Shown here: positions 11,837 to 23,219 of the stretch, piece by piece
How the letters are laid out: the number at the start of each line of letters is the position of its first letter
Position numbering within the stretch: the first letter of the stretch is position 1
DNA from: Eukaryota sp. GEM-RC1
Taxonomy: Eukaryota
Reading direction: 5' to 3'
NCBI GenBank assembly: GCA_040285855.1
Contig: JAUFOQ010000003.1
Span: 1,240,001 to 1,304,000, forward strand
Length of the DNA: 64,000 bases
Made by a program: the position numbers and the translations under genes
The notes under the pieces: generated by a model
Seen by the model: only the letters and a program-made list of their open reading frames with translations
What the model was told of the DNA's origin: nothing
Databases searched by the model: none

Positions 11837-13111
11837 TCACCAATCAATTCTAGCAGGATTAACAGGTTTGTCCTTAACAGAAAACGATGCAAGCCCCCAA
11901 TCACAATCACGAACAAGACGTTCAGCAATAGGGTTATTACCTGCCTCGTGATGTTGCAGTGTTGTCAGAGCATTAAGAGTTTTTGGAAGAGAATCAACAT
12001 CTCCAAATCCCCCACTACTTCCGACCAGTCCTCCTCCATTCAAACAAGCTGACGTAGGACACGCGAAGACCTCCGCCATGGTCACGAGAGACTTGCCTTT
12101 CTTGATTGACCTCAATAGATTCTGAACCTCTCGAAATCCAAACACTTCCGCCAACAAAACGTCCTTGCTAGCAGTACAATACCTAGTTCCACCTCTTCTC
12201 TTAGGAACACTCCAAGAAGGACTAGAAATCATTTTTGAAAGGTACATGTGATCACAATAACCTCCTGCTGGAAGATGACGTGATGGGAGCTCAGATTCAA
12301 ACTCATCGTCAAAGAGTAAGTCGAAATCCATTGGAGAAGGAGTGACAGGTCCGTTAAAAGCAGTTACGCCTTCAATCTCGTTTTTTGTTGTTAGTGATAA
12401 AAGTTCATCAGCAGTGATAACTACATCAACACCATTCTTGGACAAATCATCAGTATCACGATAATTGAGCTCATCACGTAGAGCTTCTAGTTTCCGGTCA
12501 TGACATGGACTGATTACCACATGAGCAAAACCAGGAAATCTGTCAGAAATGAGTTTACCCTGCACGAACTGAGGTGAAGGAACATTGGAGAGGAACTGCA
12601 GAATGTGGGGATGAAGCTTCTCTGCGTAACAGACAAACCCAGAGCAAGCAGAGACTATCAGTGGAAGTCTGTGAGCTTCTTTGTGGATACGGTGGTTGAG
12701 TTCTTGTTCTGTGGCTAGAAGACAAATGTCAACAGCAGTGGCCATGTCAAAGACCATGCATGAAGGAAATAAGGTCTTGAGGATACCTGAGATGTAACGC
12801 ATGGCGTCCATTGCAGATGTATCCCAATATCCAGCAAGGGATGCACGAGCTTCAGGAGATATTGAGAAAGCAATGGGGCGAGAGAGAGAAAACATTGTTT
12901 GAAGAGATTGAGAAGACAGTAAGACCACTTCAGCTGATGTTACACAGCCAGAGCAAGCCAAACAGGACTTTAAAGAGATGTTGACAGAGTCAGACATTCC
13001 TCCAGCAAGAGCATCATCATCAGTGGATTTAATCTTACCAGAAGGTTCAGTTATAACAATAGCACAGTCCTGAGATGGTCCAAAGTCTGAGATGTTTTCT
13101 AAGCGTATCAT
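11837..13111 (-). CDS. NAR1: Cytosolic Fe-S cluster assembly factor Nar1/IOP1 (hydrogenase-like)
   Basis: Motifs CLACSGCVTSAE, SACSGFVCYAEK, PCHDRKLEA, EVFACP..CLNGGG and a C-terminal Trp. Confidence 0.92.
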   Translation of the reverse strand: MIRLENISDFGPSQDCAIVITEPSGKIKSTDDDALAGGMSDSVNISLKSCLACSGCVTSAEVVLLSSQSLQTMFSLSRPIAFSISPEARASLAGYWDTSAMDAMRYISGILKTLFPSCMVFDMATAVDICLLATEQELNHRIHKEAHRLPLIVSACSGFVCYAEKLHPHILQFLSNVPSPQFVQGKLISDRFPGFAHVVISPCHDRKLEALRDELNYRDTDDLSKNGVDVVITADELLSLTTKNEIEGVTAFNGPVTPSPMDFDLLFDDEFESELPSRHLPAGGYCDHMYLSKMISSPSWSVPKRRGGTRYCTASKDVLLAEVFGFREVQNLLRSIKKGKSLVTMAEVFACPTSACLNGGGLVGSSGGFGDVDSLPKTLNALTTLQHHEAGNNPIAERLVRDCDWGLASFSVKDKPVNPARIDW

Positions 13112-14130
13112 TTAATGGAGAAGAAGTTCGTTGAAACCATTTTTAACAAAATATATAGAAGTCCAGAAACAACGTTCAAGAACGTCACCTTTAACTTGTT
13201 CAACCTCAAATTTACCATGAAGACTATTGCATCACTAGTAATTATAACTACAATGGAAATGTTTGTATTGAACTTTAACAACATTGAAGTAATTTGTGGA
13301 CGACCAGTAACAAGAGTAGGGGTTATTCCACTGCATGTACTGTTAGAAATGACTGTCTTAATAATTCTTTGATTCTTTTGATGTCCTGTCACTTGACGTT
13401 TGGAATGATTCAGGAAATTCACAAATTTCAATGATACAAAAAAATGTAAATGCTGTCTGTTACGAGTAATATTTCAAAATGGAAAAAATTACTATAAACT
13501 ATTGGAAAATTCAGAAGAGAGTTTTACACATACCCAAACTACTTGATGTCTTCAATTGAATTTTCGTTTTATCGTGTTTGATTCGTTTGTGCTTTTATGG
13601 CTATCTTTAGATGTGACAAGTGTAAATTCCAGTGATGTCGAATATTTCCTCCAGTCACAAACAAATAGTGATAAAGTACACATTCTTCATTCACACGACT
13701 TATTCCATGAGTTAACTGCAGTACTGATTGCCAGAATTCTGAACCCAGTTTTAAAACAACATTACTTCGGTTAATGCAAACAATTAATGATATCACTGGT
13801 ATCAGAATCTTCAACGACGAACTCTTGGAACGACAAGCAGAAGAACTGTTCAGAACTATAATACTTCAATCCACAATTCTTAGCACTGATAGCCTCAACA
13901 GGTTGTTCTTAGGCTGTTCAGCGCTTAGTGATTCGATAAACTCACTACTTAAAAGGATTGTGAAGAATGTTAAAGAATCTACGTCAAGGACTTTGATCTT
14001 AGAATTACGAAGAAACGAACTGTATTCTTAAACAGGAAAACGAGATCTAGGTTAGAGCCGTTCTAGACCAGACTCGAGTCCTACAAACTGTGAGTGTCGT
14101 CGATTTGATTGAATTCTATATTTTTCTCAC

Positions 14131-15555
14131 ATGAGTAGCATTTACACCCCTCTCAAAAGGTTTGCTCCTCTCGATTTTACGCTAATTGCAGTGATAGAAC
14201 TGTAGGAGTTGTTCCAATCAAACAGCGCTCCTTTAGGGATGCTCCTTTTGCTGTTCTCTTCCTCCCTGGCCGTAATAGCGTTTTTCGTCCTTGCCGTTTA
14301 TGGTTTCGCCAACGGTGATCCCTCGAGATTTGATACCAAACCCGAAAATGATCTACAGGCTGTGTCAGATGTTTTCAAAGAGTTCCTTCCCCTTGTACGT
14401 GGCAGGTATAAGCTAGCAAGCATCTTCGTGGCGACCGTAGTCTTCGCAATAGCCTGGATTCAATGTCTTAGATTTTTCGGAGGCTTCTTCATCAAGGGAA
14501 CCATCTATGGTGGTATCATTGGTGTACTCCTTTTGGCCGTTATCCTCAACCGCTCAGCCACTGATCCCGGAGCCGTCTATTTCTCCTACGGATTGATGAT
14601 TATCGCCCTCATCTTTGTGCTGATGGTCTTCTTCTTCCGTAGCCGCATTGAGTTCACCGTCCTTCTGTTCAAGCAAGGTACCGCTGCTCTCTCCAACAGC
14701 AAAGGTTCTCTCTTCATTGGAATGGGTTTAATCGTCATGTTCCTCATCGTCACTGTCTTCTACCTCATCTCCACCGCCTTCATCCTCTCAATGACTGGTA
14801 TTGGTGACACCTGTCCCACTGGCGTTGAAGTTCCATGTGAACCTGCCATGAAGCTCTGGTATCTCTTCTCCTTCCTCGCTCTCTGGATCTGCTTCTTCAT
14901 CTCTGGTCTCTGTCAAACCACCATCTCCGGTGCTATCTCTTCCTACCTCTACAACCAATCCACTTCTGGAATCCTTTCTTTGATCCGCGCTCTTCACGCC
15001 TTTGGCTCCATTGCCTTAGCTTCTCTCATCATTGCTTTGGTGACCGCTTTAAGAATCATTGTCCAAGTGCTTAAGAACAAGGCTCTGTCTAAGTCTGATG
15101 ATTTGAAGGTCAAGATTCTCTTCTGTTTAATCGAATGTTGTGTCAGATGCATTGAATCATTTGTCAAGTGGTTCACTGGATATATGTATATCTTCATTGC
15201 CAAGGATGGATCTAGTTTCTGTCAATCAGCACGTGCTACTGCCGAAATGATGGGCCATGAAGCTCTTACTATTTGTGTGTCTAATTCTATTGCTGGATTT
15301 GTGCTCGCTATTGGTAAACTTTTGGGTGTTGGTTTTGCTACTGCCGTTGCTTATTGGCTTCTTTCAGTTGAACCTTCAGCTATCATGTTTGGAGTTACTA
15401 TTATTGTTTCCTATATGATTATGTCCATCACATGTCGATTAATTATGATGTCAGTCGAAACTTGCCTAGTTTGTTTCTACTGTGATGAGTCTATTGTCTT
15501 AGAAGAAGCTGAATTGGCTGATGCTTTACGTGGATATCAAACATCTAGCTTTTAG
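14131..15555 (+). CDS. Choline transporter-like (CTL/SLC44, PNS1 family) membrane protein
   Basis: Multiple TM segments, with FGSIALASLIIA and CLIECCVRCIESFVKWFTGYMYIFIAKDGSSFCQSA. Probable ATG 14131 plus intron 14160-14191 gives RSFRDAPFAVLF; one indel near 14262. Confidence 0.85.
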
Positions 15556-15594
15556 GTGTACCTTTCATGTGAATAAATAAATCTTTTATTACAG

Positions 15595-17441
15595 TTACTC
15601 CAAAAATGAAGTGTAAAATCCGTTAAAGTCGAGTCGTAGTAAAAACTCTTGTATAAATGACCAGTTGGTAAGTTGAAGTACTGGTCGTAATAGAGTAACA
15701 AATGTTTTAATATCGGAAGACACTTGACGGGAGAATTTGAAAAAATCAGAAAATGATAGAGAATCGCTTTCTGTCGATAATATTTCAGAAATTTCAATAC
15801 ATGCAACTAAGACGTTTGTTACTGGAGTTAATATCTTTGTTGACTTCTGAGCAAGGAATAGCCAACTAAAACAATTATCAATTGCGGATGAAAACGATTC
15901 CAATTGTTCCTGTATGCAAGAATCATCTTTTAAATAACAATGTTTTGATAAATAAGGCAGAATTGAACAAGCAATGAAATTGTTCATTGAAGTAACAAAA
16001 AGTTGGCTTCTCTAATAGAAGTCCAAAAATATCTTTTCTGATTAATTGAAAAATGTTGCAAAAAATTCGCACGTTTTGCAATATTTAAAATCGAACTAAT
16101 TTTGTGTTGACAAATCGACAAAGAGAACGCCAAAACCTGAATTCGTGACAGTTGCGACATTGACTGAGCTGGAAACAAACAAAGACAATGGAAATACTGA
16201 TTGCATTAGAACCAAACCAGAAGAGGAAGGATCGAACACTGTCTGAACTTTGAGGTACTTACACCAATCGGGAAAGTAGAAACGTAGAGATTGAGATATC
16301 TTCTCTGAAAACTCGTCAAATGATGGAAAGTGTCTATCATCATGACGTGATGGGAGACAACTAGGAAGTAGAGCAATCATTTCTGATTGGATGGAGTTTA
16401 AGAAGAAGGAGGTAGATTGACAAAGAAAAAAGCCACGCAAAAAGTCCAAAAGATAATTGAATTGCTGATGGTGAGAGAGGAAACTGAATAATTTAGAAAC
16501 ACAAATTGATTCAAATTTTTGAATACACCGTTTAAGATGGATTGTTGAATTTCGAATAAACTACAATTATTTGGAATGTTCACAAAGCTCTGACAATCAT
16601 TTTTTAAATAATTTGATGTAATTGCCAAATCTGTCAATGAACACAAATTTTTGTCTGAAACAATCAACGGGAACGTCATCTTCGGTCTGTTAGACACGGA
16701 AATATTCAACATATTTAAACTATTATACAATTCATCTTCAAGAGTGAATGAAAAGAAAAACGGTTCCACAGAGTCACCAAACAGCTGAAAAAACACCATG
16801 GAACACCTCAAAAACACCGCACAACTTGTCAACAGGTCATAAATAAAAGAGTTTTGATCCACTTCTGACGTGACAGTAACGATATCTTGAAAGCAACATT
16901 CAGTCACTTCATGGAACCTCAGTCCAAACTCCTCCCCCTCTGACCTTAGTTTCTGGAAACAACCACAAAGGGACAGGTCTACCAAGGACACTAAGTCTGT
17001 AATACGACGGAGAGCGTAAGTGAAGATGACGTCTCGTGGATTGATGTCGTTGTGTAGAGGGAAGCTTGATGAATATGTGTTTGAGAGATGTGTCCAGAGA
17101 GAAGAGAGAGACATATTAGAGGGTAAGATGTCAATGACACGGTTGAGGAAACATTGGAGAGAAGACAGTGATGAGAAAAAGCCAATTAGAGTGGTACATG
17201 TTGACAGAGATCGAAAATGATCTGATGTTAGGGGAAGTATTGAAGGATATGTAGAGAGAATGTGTTTAATGTTGACTATCAAAGGAATTGTGGGTGCAAG
17301 GTGATCAATAAGTGTACATGTGGATTCTATAAAGTGTTTGAGTGGATGTGACTCAGAAAGTGTTGTTTGAAGATAGCAACAAGAATCTCTAATGAAAGAT
17401 GAAGCAGAAACTTCATCGCAAAGAGGATGGTTGACAGTCAT
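15595..17441 (-). CDS. Hypothetical protein split into several overlapping ORFs by probable indels
   Basis: Consecutive same-strand ORFs of 347, 117, 64 and 130 aa; no recognisable motif. Confidence 0.4.
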
Positions 17442-17766
17442 TGCAAGATTGAAAGAACAGCCAAAGCCTTGATAGGAAGTCCAATGGTATGTACTAAAAA
17501 CACAATAATTTTATGTGTGTAAATCTGAATAGAAGAACCTATATTGTCAATATTGGGTGGGACTTAAGTTCTGATCACTTTTCAAAGCCTTGTTTAGGTA
17601 TTTTGATTCAATTTTGAATCGTCTCTTTGCATTGAGACATGAATTTGAGATGATGTAGAGGTATTTGTATCTCATTTGTTAATATTGATGATAGTTTGTG
17701 TTTGTAAGAGTAAATAAATGGCCATTATTATTGTATCAGTACATTTCAGTATATCTCATAGTCTTC

Positions 17767-17853
17767 TACAAATGTTGTTGTTACAAATGTTGTATTACCA
17801 AATGTTGTTGTTACAAGTGTTGTTGTTACAAATGTTGTTGTTACAAATGTTGA
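17767..17853. repeat. 15-bp minisatellite (TACAAATGTTGTTGT, about 6 units), reverse complement of the array family at 60696-61082
   Basis: Read directly from the sequence. Confidence 0.85.
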
Positions 17854-17988
17854 ATACACTTAATAGAATCAAGAACATATGAAGAAGATGTCATAATGTC
17901 AAGATGTCACTGTAGACAACATCTATAAATAGTGTGAATCCATATTTGAGATATCTTTCACACCTCTTCTTAACCTAACTCAAATTAT

Positions 17989-18449
17989 GAAAGAACATCA
18001 GTTCTTAACGCGAAGTACGTCGCGGGTCCTTAGTGGCCCCAGATGTACTTCAACTCTTTCTTATCTTCCTCTGTCTTTTGTACTCTCGAAAGAACATCAG
18101 TTCTTAACGCGAAGTACGTCGCGGGTCCTTAGTGGCCCCAGATGTACTTCAACTCTTTCTTATCTTCCTCTGTCTTTTGTACTCTCGAAAGAACATCAGT
18201 TCTTAACGCGAAGTATGTCGCGGGTCCTTAGTGGCCCCAGATGTACTTCAACTCTTTCTTATCTTCCTCTGTCTTTTGTACTCTCGAAAGAACATCAGTT
18301 CTTAACGCGAAGTACGTCGCGGGTCCTTAGTGGCCCCAGATGTACTTCAACTCTTTCTTATCTTCCTCTGTCTTTTGTACTCTCGACAGAACATCAGTTC
18401 TTAACGCGAAGTACGTCGCGGGTCCTTAGTGGCCCCAGATGTACTTCAA
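17989..18449 (+). repeat. 99-bp tandem repeat: five 65-nt structured units separated by four identical 34-nt pyrimidine-rich linkers
   Basis: Units start at 17989, 18088, 18187, 18286 and 18385; I see only two substitutions among the copies. Confidence 0.97.
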
Positions 18450-18631
18450 TTTTGTTTGTTTTACGCTCGGTCAGTGGCAATGCTGCAACGATTTTTAAAA
18501 CCCGCATGGTCGTACTTTTGTTCATTTGCTGTTGTTTTTGTTGTGATATTTTTGCATCGATCCCCATATCCCTTCATGTGTTAATAAATCAACAATCGTC
18601 TCAGTTTTGTCATGACCTAACCACGGACGGA

Positions 18632-18655
18632 GACATAGAGTCCAATCCAGGACCT
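18632..18655 (+). other. 2A/StopGo ribosome-skipping motif DIESNPGP
   Basis: HDLTTDGDIESNPGP matches the consensus D(V/I)ExNPG-P exactly. Confidence 0.85.
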
Positions 18656-19298
18656 CCTCTTACAGATGACCTTAGAGATGAGCAACTGAGACCCGTTTTT
18701 GCACCAAACGTAGACAATATCGAGACGTTAGAGCCCAACGTCTGGGTTAATGATGATGTCATCGACTTATACGGTGATTTTCTTACAAAAAGCAGCAAAT
18801 GTTGTCAGTACTTTCCAATCAATGACCTGCTTGGTGCTTCTGGTGTTTATGATTTTCAACTATTATTAAAAAAAATTCGAATACCTAATAACATCAATGA
18901 ATAATTGTGTTCCGAAGAAACGATTCATATTCATGCCAATCAACGATGGCCTTTTCGGTAAAACTCCGACTCATTGGACACTTCTAATTTGCGATATTAA
19001 GATCAGACGACTTTTTTCAATCGATTCAACGTATACTGAAGAGGAACACTTCAAACAACTGGCGAATACAATTCGAACTTCTCGCAATGAAACAGTAGTC
19101 CAAAAATTACAGCAAGATTTGTTTAATGACGCACAGTATTTGTATATGGATAAACTCGTTGTAAAGCAAGAGCAAACTGAAAACGATTGTGGACCTTTTA
19201 TTCTGATGTACATTCAAAAGTTTGTTACCTTAACAGACTCATCTATTGATTGTTCATCTATCGATTTTAAAAGAAATTTTAACCAAACTTGTAATTAG
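18653..19298 (+). CDS. Ulp1/SENP-like cysteine protease domain 1 (peptidase C48, clan CE)
   Basis: WVNDDVIDLY, FIFMPIN...HWTLLICD...IDS, Q..NDCGPFIL; frameshift at the A-run ~18868-18875. Confidence 0.85.
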
Positions 19299-19552
19299 CC
19301 AAGACTATGATGCTCTAAAAATGAGGAAAGAAGTTTTGACTTATATTATATCTACTCAATCAGCAGAGAGGGCTAAACGTGCTAGAGAAATCTTAAACAA
19401 ATACTTTTCAGTTCATTCGACACCATCTGAACAACGTCGTAAACCCAAAAAACCAGATACAAGAAAGAAAAAAAGGTCCTAAAACTAAACAACCGGCCAA
19501 AAAAAGAAAGAAGACTGCTAATACTTCTGATTTATCCAAACCTTCTACACTG

Positions 19553-20250
19553 TTGTCATCTACTGATGAAATTCCAGATCCTAACAAACTGACAAAAACT
19601 CAATTACAAGAGGTTTCAGAAGCAATCAAATCGTTATCATCTGAAGAATCGATTGCAGAAGAATGTGTCAATTGGTACTCTTGTCATTTGATGGACATAT
19701 ACAAAGTTGATTTCAATGCATTTGTAACTCCTGGATCTATTCAATCATATTTAGTTGATGAAACTCAATCTCTTCACGAGTTTTTCATGAACAAGATGCT
19801 TGAGACAGATTCTAGATATATTTTTCTTCCTATAAATGATGCAATGACTGGTTTACATTGGGGTTTGACTGTAATTGATAAAAAGGATCTACAAGTGATA
19901 TTTCTCGATCCTCTTTATGATGTTGAAGATCACAGACTGGATGTTGATAAAAATTTAAATGAAATTGACTCTTATTTGAATCAAGATATTTCAAAAATAC
20001 ATGAAATTCTTCATCAACACCAATTTCAGCTGATTATTGTCCCAGTGCTACAAAAACAAACAACAAATGATTGTGGAGTATACGTTCTTCAGTATATGCG
20101 GGGACTTATAGAACTTCTGACTTCAAACCAATTCACAGATCAACCTCTTCTCCATGCTGCTGATAGAATGATACAACACCCTATCAATACTAGGGAGAGT
20201 AGACAAGAAATAAAAGTGTACCTTCAATCTTTACAACCTCCTACAAGTAG
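19553..20250 (+). CDS. Ulp1/SENP-like cysteine protease domain 2
   Basis: YIFLPIND...LHWGLTVID...FLDPL...QKQTTNDCGVYVLQY, with His/Asp/Gln/Cys catalytic residues intact. Confidence 0.88.
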
Positions 20251-20759
20251 AAACCGCATATCTGGACAAACCAAAATTAAGCGAACACAAATATCCGGTG
20301 AAAAAACTGACAAAGTTGCTCAAAAAAAAGTCAAAAAGGATTATACGTAAGCCCAGTGATTCTAATATAGGGGTTCCAAATGTGACTCATAGAGAATTTC
20401 TAAATAGCTTACCAGGTGATTTGTCTAACCGACAAAGAGACGTCGCTTGAAGTTGCACATGATACAACAAGCACTTCAAGAAGCTGAACAATTGTTTCAG
20501 GATTCTTTGATTCGCCCAAAGTTAGAGACTTTAGCTCCAATAGATTTGACAACTCCTCAAATAAACGTTGCTGCTTGTGAGAAAACTGAAACCACAAAGA
20601 CACCAGCTAAGAGTACAACAAAAGTTGGCAAATCCAAAAGTCAACAACCAAACCAAAAGCAAGTGGTAAAACTAATGCTACCAAGAGTCTTAAACCTCCT
20701 AAGAAACAAATGATTGACTTTCATTGTAATTCCGAATTACCAGAAGACTCTAACTCTTG

Positions 20760-21500
20760 TTCAATTTTGTCGTTTGATATTGAAACAAGAGAAGTTGATC
20801 AATTACCTGCGGAGAAACTTACGAAGAATTTGAATGATCAAAGACAAGAACAAAATGAAGTTTTAAAAAATCAAAGTGATTCAGAAAGAGAAGCTTGGAT
20901 TGAAAAACAACAAGTGTTTATGATTTCTGGAGTTTTCGGTCATTTTATTAAGGATGAGTTTTACCTTCAAGAAAGCTTTGTTGCGACTTCAGAAGGATCA
21001 AATTCCTTTTCAGAGGTTGAAAATCCAACTGATTGCCATAGCCTTTTTCTTCTTTGAAGATGAAAAACAGTTACTAGAGTTTTTTGTCACCTATTTGACT
21101 AATAAAAATCCGTCTGTTTTAACTGGATTTAACATTACTAATTTTGATAATGTTGTTCTAGACAATAGAATTGATGCTTTTGGAATAGACTTTCCAGAAC
21201 CAATGCAAGATGATACCACAAAATCACATTTGTCACCTTTATGGCAACGTGTTTGTACTGAATGGGCTGGTAGAGCTGTATGTGATTCATACGTCTATGC
21301 TAAACAATTCATTGCTACAAAATGTTCAAGGTCACTAAGATCATTAAGTTGGTTTTTATTAAATGAATCAAAAGGACGTCTTCGTGATAAATTCGAACAC
21401 TTGTTACCTACTGATTGTGTTAGTAGACGACCTCAAGAAGTTCTACACTATTGTTTCAAAGACAGTGCCCTAGCATTGAAGTTGTTTTTATTATTTCAAT
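20760..21500 (+). CDS. Family-B DNA polymerase-type DEDDy 3'-5' exonuclease domain (no polymerase domain)
   Basis: ExoI ILSFDIET (~20776), EDEKQLL, ExoII LTGFNITNFD (~21125), ExoIII HYCFKDS (~21449); one frameshift between ExoI and ExoII. Confidence 0.88.
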
Positions 21501-21519
21501 CAAATAAAATAGTTCGTCC

Positions 21520-23219
21520 CACTTTTGTCACACATAAGACTACACTGAAGTCTATTGTAAAACACACAGGACTGGAATTGTTGTTGAATTATTATGCTCT
21601 AATGGTTCATAAACTACGAATACACACTTCTTATTGTTTAAAGCTGTTTTTATTGTATTTAAATAAAAATGAGCTTCCACTACCATTAATTACAAGGAAA
21701 GAGGTTGAACACATTCAAAAGTTGCTGAAGGAAATCTCTGCTGATCGTCATAAGATTAAACTAAACAATGGAAATCCGACAATTAATGACGACTTGAGAA
21801 AATTTGTTACAAATCAATACAAACAAGTTATGATTGACAATGGTGGTATTCCACAATTTCCAGCTAACCATTCTCCACGACTTATGGCAATGGTTGGTGA
21901 AACAATACAAACAAATTTGAACACAAACATTAAGATGCGATATCCCCAGTACATTGACAAATTTATTAATGTTTGGTTTGAAAAAATAGTGTTGAAGAAG
22001 AAATGTCCAGAAAAGAAAAGTCTGTATTTCGTTGGAGATTGAGACAAGTAAAAATGTTTTTCTTCAAAGGAATAGAAATGATATTCCAACTACCACTGAA
22101 GAAATACAAGAGTTTATTGAACAATGTGATACCATAATTCTTGAAGATGACAATGAAAAAAGCTTAAGTAGAGAAGATAAAATTGAACTTTTAGCTCAAA
22201 GTCACGACACTGTTCTAGAACTATTTTCAGATCAGGTTTGCATTGATATCCTCTTCCCACCATCAATTAAAATTCAAAAGTCAAATGGTGATTATGAAGA
22301 CAAACAGATTGAGTCTCTAATGAAAGCGGTACACGAACATCCACAATCGTTTATTAAATCAGCAATACAGATAAATAACTTTCTTGAAGAGGATGAAGCC
22401 AGTACTTACAATATAATTCCGATTGTTCGACACGTGGTTCCAGGCTTCTTTGAAGTGGATACACAAGGTCTTTGGGGAATATTACGTTCCACATTAACCA
22501 ATCATCAGGTTAAAGAGAAAAAAATCAGATCTGAGTGGAATACACAAACTGAAATTAGACACATGTCTCCTGCTGAACAAAATCAATTCTGGTCTTACTT
22601 TATCAATTTTAATCGTCCATTTATAAAGAAAGGTTATAAGTTTAACAATTCTATTAAAACTGATGGGTTCTCTGTTTGTATTGAACTTACTAGAGAGGAC
22701 TGTGTGGGAATGTCCTTTAAAGCAGATAGTGCAAAGTTCTCCAGTACTGATGAATATGTTCAAGACTATGATATTGAAGAGTTTACATTGAAAACAAAAG
22801 TTTACATTGATCCTGGCAAGAAGGATTTACTCTACTTCTGTTCAGAAAAAATAAGAAAGCCTGAAAATTTAGCCCGTGAAACGAGAAACAAAGAATACGA
22901 GTGGCTAAGATTGACAGAAACAGAATGGTCGAGATTGTCCAGAGTCCATCAAAAGTTTAGAAGGGAAAAGAAAAAAGAATTTATTCTCCGAGATGAAAAA
23001 ACGGTTGAACAAGAAGAGTCAACATTATCCAAAGAAAATTCAAAGTCAACCGTGTATGAAACCTTCTATGACTATGTGGGTTCCAAACTTACAGTTATTG
23101 AATCAACATTTGATTACTACTGTTTGATGATATGGCGCATTCAAAAAATGCAAAGATACGTCCATATTCAAAAAACAGAAAGTAAGTTGTTGAAAAATAG
23201 TAATATCATGGAGAAGTAA
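21520..23219 (+). CDS. Fanzor (eukaryotic TnpB-like, Fanzor1-like), C-terminally truncated
   Basis: N-terminal KTTLKSIVK...KLRIHTSYCLKLFLLY...LPLI, then NIIPI...FFEVDT, FWSYF, FNNSIKTDGFSVCI, RuvC-I YIDPGKKDLL (D at 22809) and the helix WRIQKMQRYVHIQKTESKLL. RuvC-II, zinc finger and RuvC-III are missing. One frameshift near 22030. Confidence 0.8.

Larger units (their letters stand above)
18506..23219 (+). mobile_element. Frameshifted polyprotein: leader + 2A peptide - Ulp1 protease - Ulp1 protease - PolB-type exonuclease - Fanzor (truncated)
   Basis: Colinear same-strand ORF chain; individual domains are listed in the following features. Confidence 0.75.

Noticed and set aside
11837..13111. 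[FeFe]-hydrogenase
   Set aside because: The motif set and the C-terminal Trp match Nar1/CIAO3 of the cytosolic Fe-S pathway.
13108..14031. Short ORFs between NAR1 and the CTL gene
   Set aside because: No recognisable motifs and conflicting overlapping frames; a fragmented small gene cannot be supported.
17989..18449. CRISPR array, or a hammerhead/HDV/twister ribozyme
   Set aside because: The spacers are identical and there are no cas genes; by eye the required cores (CUGAUGA..GAAA, HDV P3/L3, twister pseudoknots) do not fit. Kept only as an unassigned structured repeat.
17987..18505. 33-aa repeat protein at the start of the 305-aa ORF
   Set aside because: The frame stays open because the 99-bp unit is a multiple of three; ATG 18506 gives a more typical 2A leader. 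Translation is not excluded.
20710..22042. Polinton/Maverick or endogenous virus DNA polymerase
   Set aside because: Only the exonuclease is present; there are no polymerase motifs, capsid, packaging ATPase or integrase.
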